Below are positions 13,565-25,069 of a stretch of DNA of 64,000 bases, in pieces (positions within the stretch are counted from its first letter, which is position 1; the number at the start of each line of letters is the position of its first letter). A program made the translations under genes and the position numbers. Under the pieces are notes generated by a model. The model worked only from the letters and a program-made list of their open reading frames with translations. It made no database searches and had not been told where the DNA came from. This stretch comes from a virus. The stretch is taken from positions 32,001 through 96,000 of the IMG/VR virus record IMGVR_UViG_3300045988_012220. One strand, given 5' to 3'.

Positions 13565-13585
13565 ACACGGGTTCGACTCCCGTGT
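13565..13585 (+). terminator. hairpin ACACGGG-TTCGACT-CCCGTGT (tRNA T-arm-like) after the stop codon
   Basis: 7-bp stem with a 7-nt TTCGACT loop, 6 nt after TAA. There is no T tract and no complete tRNA can be folded around it. Confidence 0.4.
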
Positions 13586-13629
13586 AGCGTACAACAATTA
13601 AAAATATTAACTTAGTTATAATTTAAATT

Positions 13630-14826
13630 ATGGCAAGAAAGAAGAAAAATCCATTAGGTGATTTTGAGGACGCTTTGAGCTCTCTCGGGTTCGGTGGCCA
13701 GGAAGGTGGCGACAGCGTTACAGACATCGATAACCAGGATGTGGTTAATCAGGTGTTAGATGACCCTAATGATGATGTTGAAAATTTAGACAATCCAGAT
13801 GACGATAAGTCTTCTGAGGATAATAAAGATAATAAGAATGTAACTGACGATCCTAATGCTCATGATGATGAGACACAGATCCCAGATAATATTTTAAACA
13901 ATAATACGTCCGACACAACTACAGTTGACAACGAATAGGATGACGACGATGATGATAATGATCAGCAGACTGACACTGATGTCGTAGATCCTGGAGAGGC
14001 AGAACAGATTGGTGCCTTCTTTGACGCATTCGCTGAAGCTAACGGTTGGAGTGTTGATGCAGACGAGAAACCTAAGTCAGTTGAGGATCTCGTAGAGTAC
14101 ATCAAGGATGTCGTAGATGAGAATTCAACACCACAGTACGCCGATGATCGTATTGCTAAACTTGATCAGTACGTAAAGAATGGTGGTAAGTTTGAAGACT
14201 TCTATCAGATACAGCAGAAATCTATGTCTTATGACAGTATAGATTTGGAGGACGAATCTAATCAGAAAGCAGCTGTTCGTGAGTTCTACAGATTATAGGG
14301 TATGGACGACGAGCAGATTAGTCGCAAGATTGAGCGCTATGAAGATGCTGACATGCTGGAAGATGAAGCAGCTGATGCTGTTAATTATCTTAAGGCGTAC
14401 GAGCAGCAACAGCAAGAGTATATGGCTCAGCAACAGGAAGCTCATAGACAATAGCAGGAGCAGCAAGCTGCACAGTTCATGGACGACCTTACCTCTAGTA
14501 TCAATAGTCTTACTAATATTAGAGGTATTAATATCCCAAAGGAGGATAGAAAAGCGTTGTTCGATTATATTACAAGAACTGATGCAGACGGTTTAACAGA
14601 GTATCAAAAGGCTTTTAATAATAATCTTGTTAACAATTTGATAGAATCAGCCTACTTCACAATGAAGGGTGATGCTCTACTGGGCGAGGCACAGCGCAAT
14701 GGTCAGACATCTGCTGCGAGTAAACTTAGACAAATGCTCAAACATCAAACAAAAAATCATACATCATACAATGTTGGGCATGAAAAACAACCTCAGGCAT
14801 GGGATATCGCGTCAAAATACCTATGA
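13630..14826 (+). CDS. putative scaffolding protein (398 aa, acidic N-terminus)
   Basis: ORF 13630-13938 continues through three TAG into ORF 14479-14826 in the same frame. Asp-rich N-terminus, coiled-coil middle, and a position directly upstream of the capsid gene. Confidence 0.65.
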
Positions 14827-14844
14827 TGAGACAATTAACATATT

Positions 14845-16648
14845 ATGAATAATTCAAGTTCTTTATTAAATAATCTTCAGCTCTACCGTGGTAAGCGTTT
14901 TGCTGACTTGGTAGACGAAAACATGATTGCTAATGCAATGCTTACAAAGCCTCATGAAGTAGCAGGCTTGTTGTCATTGGTTTTTGGTACAAAGGATGAT
15001 GGTATTTCAACTACCATCGACTTGTTAACTGGTGGTCTTGGTTCAACCATGACTATCGAAAACAGAGAGTATGAGTGGTCTGTAATGATTGATGCTGACC
15101 ACGCTGTTAATATCCGCTACGCTAAGTGGAATGGTAAGGAGATTACTCCTAAGTCAATTACAGATGGTTTGACTCCAGGTATTAACAATACTCCTATTTA
15201 TCTTGGTCTTGAGGAGAAGTTCTTCGGACCTGGAGCAATCCTTGCATTTGATAACATCAACTTCCAGGTACGTGTAAACGGTACTCCATACCAGGATGGT
15301 AGCACATGGGTATATGAGACATATGTAGCAGAAGGCTTCCAGGGTTCTTATATCCCTTGTGAGTATTTGCTTCCAGGTCGTCAGGTAGACCGTATCGGTT
15401 CTGCATACGAGGAGTACAGTGATGAGGCAGATATCATCAACTATCAGACTCCATTTAAGATGCGTAATAGCTTGATGACTATGCGTCTTACTTACGATAT
15501 CACAGGTGATGCTTACTCTACAGTATTGGCTATCGCTTTGACTGATCCTGAGACAGGTAAGAAGTCTTATTTGTGGTCTGACTATCAGTATTGGAAGGCT
15601 CTTCGTGAGTGGAAGAAGAGAGAGGAGAAGCAGTTGCTGTTCGCTCACTCTAACCGTAATGCAGATGGTACTTACAATTTGAAGGGTACTAATGGTCGGT
15701 TCGTTCCAATCTCTGCAGGTTTGTTCGAGCAGATTGCTCCAGCTAATGTACGTTACTACACCAAGCTGACTACAGAGTTGTTCGAGGATTACTTGTTCGA
15801 CCTCTGCTATAACATTATCGGTACTAACGAGCGTAAGTTCGTTGCTTTGACTGGTGAGATGGGTTAACTTTATAGCTCCCTGTAGCAGTAATGTTACTTG
15901 AAAATCTATTTAATTTCTGGGAAGCCCAAACGTTTAAGTCGTGGGTAATCAGAAGCGAAGTCTCGAAAGAGAAACGTTCAACGACTATCCGAAAGGAGTA
16001 GGGTTCAAGCGAACCCGAAATGATAGACATCCTAATTGGGATGAAGATATAGTCTGATCTCATATGAAAGTATGAGGGCTTTTAATGATCGCAATAAAGC
16101 CAATCTGTAGTAGCGATACAGGTTAAACATAAATGATTAGAGAGTTCGATCGTATTTTGAAGGAGAAGGCAGCTAGCTTTAACATGATTGATACACACTT
16201 CATTACAGGTTCTGGTCAGGACTTGAAGTTGGGTGGTCAGTTCACAACTTACACTATGACCAATGGTATTGAGTTGACAGTTAAGCGTTGCGCTATGTTT
16301 GATAACATGGAGATGTTCCGTCAGCTTCATCCATTGACAGGTAAGCCATTGATGTCTTACACATTCTTGTTCGTTGACCTCGGTCGTCGTGACGGTCAGG
16401 CTAACATCGTTAAGGTATGTCGTAAGGGTCGTGAGTTCGTACAGTGGTGCACTGGTGGTTCTGTATTGCCAAATGGTTATGCAAACAACATCAACACTAT
16501 GCGTTCTAACAGCCGTGATGGTTACCAGGTACACTTCCTTGGTGAAGAGGGCATCATGTTGAGAAACCCATTGTCATGCGGTATCTTGTACTGTGATGCT
16601 GAAGACCAGGAGTCTATTGCAGTTGAGAACAGAGCAGCAGAGCTCTAA
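14845..16648 (+). CDS. major capsid protein, split by a group I intron (exons 14845-15864 and 16136-16648, 510 aa)
   Basis: Two TAG-free ORFs of 340 and 170 aa flank a structured 271-nt insert. They join in frame as ...LTGEMG|IREFDRIL.... A strong terminator follows. Position (scaffold upstream) and size fit a capsid protein. Confidence 0.8.
15865..16135 (+). ncRNA. group I self-splicing intron (ORF-less) in the capsid gene
   Basis: Carries the R element GTTCAACGACTA and the S element GAAGATATAGTC, giving P7 as GACTA/TAGTC. Has a GNRA hairpin TCTC-GAAA-GAGA and a P9-like hairpin CTCATA...TATGAG. The 5' exon ends in T and the intron ends in G. Removal restores the reading frame. Boundaries are good to within a few nt. 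Confidence 0.8.
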
Positions 16649-16675
16649 TTAATTAAATAATATACAATGTTCAAC

Positions 16676-16695
16676 CCCACCCAATTTAGGGTGGG
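16676..16695 (+). terminator. hairpin CCCACCC-AATTTA-GGGTGGG after the capsid gene
   Basis: 7-bp GC-rich stem starting 28 nt after TAA 16646-16648. Confidence 0.55.
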
Positions 16696-16727
16696 AGCTT
16701 GGCATTGCAACAACTAATTGAAAAATT

Positions 16728-17480
16728 ATGGTAGTTGAATTAAAAATCAGAAAGAAAAATCCCTGGGCTGGATTGTTAAAGTACAAGCATTGCTTCGATT
16801 ATATTGCACCTTACTTTACCAGATCTGGGTCGATATACACAGGTTTAACACCTGAGGACGAAAAGAAATTTGAAAAGGAGCTTGGCTATCCAGAAGGTCA
16901 TCTCGCTAAAAACTCCCCATTCTGGAATACATTCTGTGTTAAGGTTGGCTCTAAGAGCACAATCCTCGATGACTCATTCCCACGTTAGGCTATGATTATT
17001 AAGTTCCTTGAGGGACATAAGAGAGTAGCTACATCACTTGACAAGCTTAATGCCGGAAAGGATTACCTGCTTATTAATAGACAGGCTGAGGCTATTGAGA
17101 AGAATAAGATTAATAAGCTTCGTAGAGACGCTATTATTGCTTTTGGTAAGCTTTCTCTTGAAGAGATGCGTAAGTGTCTTAGATTGTTCGGCGTTAGCGC
17201 TGATACAATGTCTAATGAGCTTGTAGAGTCTACATTGTTCTCATTGGTTGATAAGCAGCCACAGAACTTCTTTACTAAGTGGGTTAACAACAAGACAAAG
17301 GAAACAGAGTTCTTGATCGAGAGTGCTATTGCTAAGGGTATTATCCGCAAGGATAGAACACAGTACTATTATGGTTCTGAGATGCTTGCAGACTCACTTG
17401 AGGATTGTATTGCATACTTAGACGCAAAGAAGAATCAAGACTTAAAGATCTCAATCATTAATCAGGTTGAGAATAAATAA
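16728..17480 (+). CDS. hypothetical protein (250 aa if TAG 16986 is sense)
   Basis: ORFs 16728-16988 and 16992-17480 share a frame and are separated by a single TAG. Stop is TAA. Confidence 0.65.
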
Positions 17481-17494
17481 TAAACTAACGACGT

Positions 17495-18211
17495 ATGACG
17501 CACAGTGATATTTATACTAAGTTTATGATTGAATATGACAAGGCAAATATAACTTCGTCATATCCGTCGCTAACTGAATATGAAATTGCAACAATATTAG
17601 ATAAAGCATACTTAGCTTTAATAGCTCAAAAATTAACAGGGAACAACCCAAGAAGATCTGCTTTTGAATCTGATGTTAAAGCAATTGAAGATTTAAGACC
17701 ACTAATAAAACAAGCTTTATTGCATGGAGAACATAGCAATGTTGTTACAAATGAATATATTTATTCATTAAACATACAAGATTATCTGTATTACGTTTCT
17801 AGTACAATATCATTAAATGCTAATAATAGTTCTATAGATGATCAGAAACATATAATTCAGTCAGTAGATCTCATATCTCACGACAATGCAAATAAGTTCA
17901 AGTCTACATCAACTAATTTACCTTGGGTTAAGAATCCTGTATGCTATATAAATGATAAGCTTATACACGTTTTAATTGACCCGTATGACGTTAAAAATAA
18001 CAAAGGTGATATGGTGTTAGGCTTAACATATATAAAGTCTCCTGCTAAATTTGTAAAAGGGACAAGTTTGGTTGATTTTGGAGATACTGAATTAGAGATA
18101 AACGACACCGTGGCTGAAGAGCTTGTTAATTTAGCAATTATAATGTCTACTGAGATTGTCGAATCCAGTAGATTATCTACTAAAACAAATACTAGACCAC
18201 TAGAATCATGA
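17495..18211 (+). CDS. hypothetical structural protein (238 aa, TAG-free)
   Basis: Intact ORF. The TGA stop overlaps the next ATG (ATGA). Confidence 0.8.
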   Translation: MTHSDIYTKFMIEYDKANITSSYPSLTEYEIATILDKAYLALIAQKLTGNNPRRSAFESDVKAIEDLRPLIKQALLHGEHSNVVTNEYIYSLNIQDYLYYVSSTISLNANNSSIDDQKHIIQSVDLISHDNANKFKSTSTNLPWVKNPVCYINDKLIHVLIDPYDVKNNKGDMVLGLTYIKSPAKFVKGTSLVDFGDTELEINDTVAEELVNLAIIMSTEIVESSRLSTKTNTRPLES

Positions 18212-18966
18212 CGCAAGAACAAACTAGAAAGCTTGGTATCGAGTTTGAAAGAAGGATAACAGAAATGTATCCACAGTTCGCAATACAAGACAAACTTGAT
18301 ACCGATACAATATATTCTTTTTTAAGTGAGTATCAATCCTAGTACGTCAAGACTTTATATGTAGCTGAAGGCTAGACACAAAGTGGTACTAGGCAAGATA
18401 ATAAAATTCACGACATACTGTCTAATCTTATTAGGCACGAAGATATCAAACCTTCAAATGAAGTAGATAACTGCTAGTTGGAGTTTAATCTACCTGCAGA
18501 TTATTCAATGTATATTACTTCATACAGTGTCGTAGATAGAACTTACAAAAGTAATAAAACCTTAAGTACGCCATTATATCTTGATAACGTAAATATTAAG
18601 CAGGATTTGGCTGTTAGGTTTTTAGATGTAGCCTATAATCAGAAAGGAGTTCTGTAGAAGCCATTGGTAGTATTAGACTAGAATAATCAAAATACCACAA
18701 TTAGACTTATACATGATACCTATACGCATGTATAGAACATAAACCTTACATACTATTGTTACCCATACGCATTCAATGTGATGAAGTTTAACGACTAGGA
18801 TAAATCAACTGGAGCTGTACATAGTTATTGCGAACTGCCTTATGGCTGTTTTGAAGATATTGTTTCTGGAGCTGTAGACATGTACATAACTTAGTATAAG
18901 TTCAGATTACAATTAGGTAGTAAACAACAATAGTAGAAACCACAACAAGAATAGGAGGATAAGTAA
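18208..18966 (+). CDS. hypothetical protein (252 aa)
   Basis: ATG 18208 is open to TAA 18964-18966 when about 11 TAG are read as sense. ATGA overlap upstream and TAATG overlap downstream. Confidence 0.65.
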
Positions 18967-19661
18967 TGATATATATAGACATATTGGTAAGTCTCGAAAG
19001 AGAAATTAATAAGTTTGACGACCCAGTACAGAAGCCTTCTACAGATGAATCTTTATTCTGGCTTAATTAGGCTGTAGCCAAGTTTGTTAAAACTAGGTTT
19101 AATGGAGATATCGTTCACGGTACATCATACGAATAGAATGAGAAGCGTAGAAGCGATTTAATTAAGCTGTATCAAACAATTAACTATCAAAGTGATAATA
19201 TGTAGGTAGATGAGTCAGAACCGTCTTACACTTCATATTACGCGCAATATCCTAGCGATTTTATGTTCGCTCTTAACGAAGATGTTGTTATATCTGATTT
19301 GCAAAACCACAATAAGATTAACACGTGTATGTTTGAGTGTACGCAGGATAGTTTTATGTATAGAATCAACAATAGTTTAACAGATTTCCATTATAGATAT
19401 CACAGAGCTAGACCATTAAGAATTCGTGTTAATGATGGATGTAAGCTATTGACTGATAAGCAGTACAAAATATATAAGTATTCTTTAGGTTATTTGCGCA
19501 AGCCTAAAGAGATAACCCTCGAAAAACCATATGATGAGTACAATGATTTCGAGGATATTATAATGCCTGAGATAATCAAAATAGCAGCACAGATGTATCT
19601 TGAAAACAAGAAAGATGAAAGATACAAAACTATTACTCAGGAAGTTAGTACTCAAGAATAA
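18966..19661 (+). CDS. hypothetical protein (231 aa)
   Basis: ATG 18966 follows AGGAGGATAAGTA and is in frame with ORF 19263-19661 through three TAG. Confidence 0.7.
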
Positions 19662-19744
19662 GATAAGAATAATTTTAACGTGGAAAGCCCAGCTGGTTAG
19701 GTCCAGTATAATTAATTAGGGTGAGTAGAAAAAATTAATATATT

Positions 19745-20869
19745 ATGATTACATATGTAAATACCGTATTGGTATCAAATAATGGTGGTGATACACTCGC
19801 TACAAAGGAAGAGCTTGCAGGCAAGCAGAAGAAGGGTGATCTCAAAGAGTTGGTTGGTAAGCTCGTATTTATGAATTGCGACCCAGCTGCTCAGGATGGT
19901 TCAAACATTGAGGATATTTATGCAGTTGATGAGAACTGTGATAGATTTAAGATTGGCGTTGTAACTAGTGATAGTTTCCAGAAGGCTGATAAGATGGGTA
20001 ATGTAACATATATTCCTGTTGTTAAGTGGTCAAATATTATTAACGCAGCAGACATTAAGTCTATTACAAAGCTCGACTACAAGGACGATACAGAGGATAC
20101 AATCTCAATTGACTTCTCTACAATTCCTGCAGAGACTTTAGATATCCTTTCAGCAGGTGGTTGCCCTGTAGTACTTCGTCTTACTTTTAAGGATATGCCT
20201 ATGCGCTATCGTAAGTGGACTGAGTCTTATAGCTACGTAACAATGCCTGGTGATGGTATTCAGAAGATTATGCAGGGTCTTGTTAAGGATATTGTACGTG
20301 CTTCAAAGCGTCAGCGTGTATACGCAAAGATCGATGGTACTAAGCTCGTTCTTGAGGCAATGAAGTACGATGATGATGAGCAGGCTGTAACAGAGAATGT
20401 TTATGCAAAGGTTCGCTTTGATGCAAATGCTTATTGGATGAATCCACAGGCTCCAGGTTGGGCAGCTAATAACAAGTATGATCTTGGTGTTAAGTTTGTT
20501 AAGCAGGAAGGTGTAACTTATCCTGCATCAGCAAAGCTTGTACGTGATCGCGAGCGTTCAGCATTTGATTATCAGGGTGTACTTCATCGTTGCTGCTGGT
20601 ATGATCCACAGCCTAACATGGTTACAAATATTGACAACCATTACGGGGGTATTACTATCGAGTTCGAGAACCAGTATCATACAGCTGATGATCTCTGGCG
20701 TAGAACAAAGCAGACAGTAGAAATTTATGCTTCTGACAACGGCACAGAAATTGGTGCCGCAGAGATTGGCAATGGCCTCTTGGCTAAATTGGGCAAGATG
20801 GTTGCTAATCGTCAGAACATCGCTAACCCAGTTAGCAATTCAACTGCGTACGACGGTACAAAGTATTAA
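19745..20869 (+). CDS. abundant-looking virion protein (374 aa, TAG-free)
   Basis: Intact ORF followed by the strongest terminator in the window. Codon usage resembles the capsid gene. The exact role is not recognised. Confidence 0.85.
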   Translation: MITYVNTVLVSNNGGDTLATKEELAGKQKKGDLKELVGKLVFMNCDPAAQDGSNIEDIYAVDENCDRFKIGVVTSDSFQKADKMGNVTYIPVVKWSNIINAADIKSITKLDYKDDTEDTISIDFSTIPAETLDILSAGGCPVVLRLTFKDMPMRYRKWTESYSYVTMPGDGIQKIMQGLVKDIVRASKRQRVYAKIDGTKLVLEAMKYDDDEQAVTENVYAKVRFDANAYWMNPQAPGWAANNKYDLGVKFVKQEGVTYPASAKLVRDRERSAFDYQGVLHRCCWYDPQPNMVTNIDNHYGGITIEFENQYHTADDLWRRTKQTVEIYASDNGTEIGAAEIGNGLLAKLGKMVANRQNIANPVSNSTAYDGTKY

Positions 20870-20877
20870 TTTAAATA

Positions 20878-20911
20878 CCGGGGTGGGGTTCTTACCCTAT
20901 CTCGGTTTTTT
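20878..20911 (+). terminator. rho-independent terminator
   Basis: 12-bp stem (CCGGGGTGGGGT / ACCCTATCTCGG, with G-T wobbles) followed by TTTTTT at 20906-20911. Confidence 0.75.
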
Positions 20912-20931
20912 GTTTTTAAACATATTATAAT

Positions 20932-22284
20932 ATGCAAAAGATTAGAATTGGAAACGATATTAGATTAAATCTAACTCTTCGTGGTCCTAGAACATACGAT
21001 TAGGCTAGTATTAAGAAATTAGCTTGTTATTTGATAAACACATCTGTAGCTGACTTTTATACCGGCGAGACATGCTGCAATGATCCACATATGTATGGTC
21101 ATCCTTGCTTTAATAGATGTGGCTGTCCTTCATATCATGTAGAGCCATGTTGTGGTAGACCATATCATCATGATTGCAGATTGAGTGGTAGAGGATGTAA
21201 TCCTTGTGCAGGAGCTCCTTGTATGCCACCTGCTTATTGTAAGCCATTTGATAGGGTGCTTGCTGGTTATGACGATAAGTTCTGTTATACAGCATACTCT
21301 AAGGTTCTTCCTAAGGCTAACAGTATTCAGTGCTATTTCCCTGCTAAAGATCAGCTTTTCTGCGGTGTATACAAGCTTGTAGTTGTAGCTGAGATGTATG
21401 AACCAGGTTGGGGTAAGACAGATCTTCATACATACACAATGGATTATGGTGAGGTACTTATGCTTGTAAATGACAATACTGGAGCAAGTGGCGATATTAC
21501 TCTTGATGTAGATAAGGATGATATTCTTAATAAGAATATTATTGACATAAGAGTAAAGACTCACGACTTGTATTTGTATGGTGGTAATCAGATTAGACTT
21601 GGCGAGCAGGATAAAAAAGACCATTATTATATCATAGAGGTAGAGCTTGAAAATGGTTCTGTACTCGAATACACTCCTGGTAATTGGCCTTACGAGAAAC
21701 TTCAGTTTGTTGCTACAAAGTCTAGTGTTATATCAATCGAGGAAGAGACTGGTATAATTAGAGCTATTAATCAGGAGAACACAAACAGTACTTACGTAAC
21801 TGTAAAAGCTAAGAACAATGATATTACAACTGGATTTAATGTAACTGTAGTTGGTGGAGACTATGATTATATTGGTTATCTCCCAGTTAGACCATTTGCA
21901 GCTAATGTAGAGGATGATACAGAAGTTGGCTTCAACAGAACAGATCAGTCATACGAAGACAAGAGTTAGGAGCATTATACAGCTATAGGCGTAGAGTCTG
22001 TTAATACAGACGATCTTAAGAGAGTTGACGATCTTACAAAACCAGTACAGGTAGAGAACACAAAAGATGGCCAGTACCTTTGGATTGTTACACGTAGACC
22101 TATTGCTTACGCTGCAAACATTACAGACAATGGTACAACTGATCTTAACTCAGCTATATATGTACCTCTTACAAAGTATCAGCAGAAGCTGAATGATAGT
22201 AAGTACTATTATTGCTGCCCTAACCCAATGAGCGCCAATACTAAGTCTGGTGGCGATATTTTCTATATTAAACTTGAAGCTTAA
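20932..22284 (+). CDS. virion protein with a Cys/His/Pro-rich insert and a Big_2-like Ig domain (450 aa)
   Basis: ATG 20932 is in frame with ORF 21031-21969 and continues past TAG 21967 to TAA 22282-22284. The segment SVISIEEETGIIRAINQENTNSTYVTVKAKNNDITTGFNVTVVG looks like a Big_2 domain. Confidence 0.75.
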
Positions 22285-22289
22285 TAATT

Positions 22290-23234
22290 ATGGAAGCAAA
22301 GAAAGAAGATATTAAAATATACGGTAAGCTTGTAAATGTTACCACAGAGAATGTTGTAGCTGATGCTGAGCAAATCTGGGATTCTTATTACAGAAAGAAC
22401 CAGACAGCTGTCAACAGATCTATGCGGGATGACTTTACAAAGTTTGCCAAGAATCCTACATTTGAATCTGCTGTATTTACAGGAGATTCTACATTCTAGG
22501 GCAACATGGCTGTAGAGAAGTCTCTTTCTGTAAAAGGTTCTTCAACATTCTAGAATTAGGCTACATTTAACGGCACTATTAGAGCTCATGGAACCCCTAA
22601 TGGTTTAGTTGTAGATCATAAGATCATTACAAACGATATTGAGGTTATGGGTACATTCCAGGCTCTTAATATTGATACAAACAATCTTGTAGTTCATAAC
22701 TTGTTAAAGGTGGAGAATGGAGGTTCATTCAGAGTTGATGGAGATACCATTCTTAATAACCTTTCAGTTAGTGGTACTCTTGATGTTCCTAATGCCACTA
22801 CAGCTAAATACGGAAGCGTTAGACTTGCTACATCGCCATCAGGTCAGGCTAGTACAGACGTTCTTACAGTAGGTCTTGTAAAGAATATGTTGCAGTATAT
22901 TCTTCCTGTATCATCGGAGAATAATATACTTATCTACAGTAATGGTAAATGGATTACATCTGCTATTGACTAGGTTATAAATAGTAATCCAACTATTAAC
23001 GAACATATTAAAAGCATTACCAAGAATACGTCTTATACAAAACAAGAGGTATATACCAAGGATGATGTTTACAATAAGACTGAAGTTACATAGCTGTTAC
23101 AAGATCTTAAAGAGTAGATCATTAGAGAGTGTAAGAGTAACTGTTTGTGGGAGGCTAGTGGAACAGAATACATTGTTCCTAAGGGTAATAAGAATATTAT
23201 TGTCAAAGCTGCTTATAAAAAAGCAACATCTTAA
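22290..23234 (+). CDS. tail fibre-like protein (314 aa)
   Basis: ORFs 22290-22499 and 22647-22973 share a frame. Contains the fibre motif TAKYGSVRLATSPSGQASTDVLTVGLVKNM. Stop is TAA 23232-23234. Confidence 0.75.
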
Positions 23235-23248
23235 TAAAGGAGGTATTT

Positions 23249-25069
23249 ATGGAAGAATCAAGTTATAAACATAATTATGAATACCTCTCTATTGAAGAGG
23301 CCAAGTCTATTGTAAACGGAACTTTTGTACAGGGCACAACAAATATCGGAGGAGAGCTTGTTACTAAATCCGATATTAACAAACTGCTTACTACTGCTGA
23401 TAAAAAATTAACATCTATAGTTCCTTCTACTGTTACAGATAATGAGTTCGTATGCTTCTTTGAATGTATTAGCAACGAATAGTTTCCAGATGATGTGGCA
23501 CACAGATGGATATAGGTTTCTCCAATACAGTTTACATTCCCAGCTGATGGTGGCTCTGTAAAGATAACTGGTTCGTACGGATTGACTGGAACACTTGGTA
23601 CGAGAAAAAAGGTTGGCGATATAAATGATACTATAACTGTTGAAAAGAACACAACAACATAGACTAAATCTGGTAGTAAAACATATTATTATAATAATAC
23701 TCCTGGTACAGCTCCGTCTGCTACAGTAACTTGGACTCAGGATGCACGTAGCGTGATAGCTCCAACTAGCGTTCATGTTACAAATATTATTCTTCAGGTT
23801 GGTTAGAACTAGCAGATACAATATGAAGTAACTCCATCTAATGCCGATGTTGATACATGCATATATGAAGTAACAAGTGGTTCAGACTATATTCATATAA
23901 CAGATGGTGTAGTTTATGCTGATGCTGTTGGAAAGGCAGATTGCAAAATAACTATAAATGGAACAATTGAATCTACATTTTAGGTAAACGTAATTAACGG
24001 TAATGTAGAAAGACATAATGGAGATGTATTTATTGTACAAACTCCTGGTGGTGGTGGTACTGTGCTTGTTGATTTTCATTCTCCAGAATATTGTGTAAAT
24101 CCATATACATATTCGCCTCAAAGTAGTAATTATATGGTATATGATAGTTTTTTTATTTCGGGCATTGATCATGGTGTATTCCATACAAAGTAGAATAGTA
24201 TTATAGATATTGACCAAATACGCAAAACATACAAATATATAAAAGATAGACCTTCATTAATAAAAGGTAAAACTATAGAGCAAGCATGTTCTATTAATGG
24301 TGGCCATTATGTATATATTTATCTGTACGCTGATTCGTGGTGGCTTGGTAAAATTAATACTGTACAAACTTTAAAATGTAGAGGTTATAAAAAATCTAGC
24401 AATTCTAGTATATCACTTGATGGCAATTGGCTAAAATTAAACGGATATACAGCTACTGGCGATATTAAAGATATAAATTATTTAGTATACGGAACAAATA
24501 TTGATTTTTTAACTTATAGTAATGTTAGCTATTCACCAACTTATGCTGACTCGAATCGTAATATTATATGTGATTATTTTAGTAAATGTGGAACATTATA
24601 TTCTTATCTATTGATAGATTTAGATTCTGATGACAAGATATCTGCGTTTGATTTTATATCGACTGATAACGGTTATATTGAAAAAGGATATAATGTAAAT
24701 AAAAACGATTGGGACAATATTAAAGAAATGACAGTTGATTATACTTAGAATAGTTTAGATACAACAGGAGATTATATAAAATTGAATATCACTATAAATA
24801 AAATAAACAATTCTACAGATATATCTAACTTAAGAGGTAATATGGTAGCATGGTGTTTTTCCGATGGATAGAGTAACGCAAAAGCAGCATTTTACGGAAC
24901 GGATTCCAATGGAGCATTCTTTAATATCACAGACGAATAGACACTTCCTTATACTACTCAAATAAATATACCTAAAAAAGATTTTAATAAAGTTTAGCTA
25001 TATTTATCAGCTCTCAATACAAATGATTCTTTAATTTATAGGTCAGCTCCTATAGAAATTACATTATAA
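23249..25069 (+). CDS. tail fibre / receptor-binding protein with a Big_2-like domain (606 aa)
   Basis: AAGGAGG lies 6 nt upstream of the ATG. ORF 23249-23482 extends through TAGs to TAA 25067-25069. The C-terminal half is AT-rich. Confidence 0.75.

Noticed and set aside
13501-13591. A complete tRNA gene ending at 13591
   Set aside because: Only the T-arm and the 3' acceptor strand are present. With a 4- or 5-nt variable loop, the preceding 17 nt do not form an anticodon stem, and no ACGCTAC 5' acceptor strand exists upstream.
15154-16534. Minus-strand ORFs 15154-15648 and 16082-16534, antisense to the capsid gene
   Set aside because: These are shadow ORFs opposite a strongly coding + frame. 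Their sequences are low-complexity and Leu/Ser/Cys-rich, with no start context or terminator.
16986-16994. Two separate genes (16728-16988 and 16992-17480) instead of one
   Set aside because: TAG is sense everywhere else on this strand, and no other gene here ends in TAG, so a fusion is favoured. An internal restart at ATG 16992 cannot be excluded from sequence alone.
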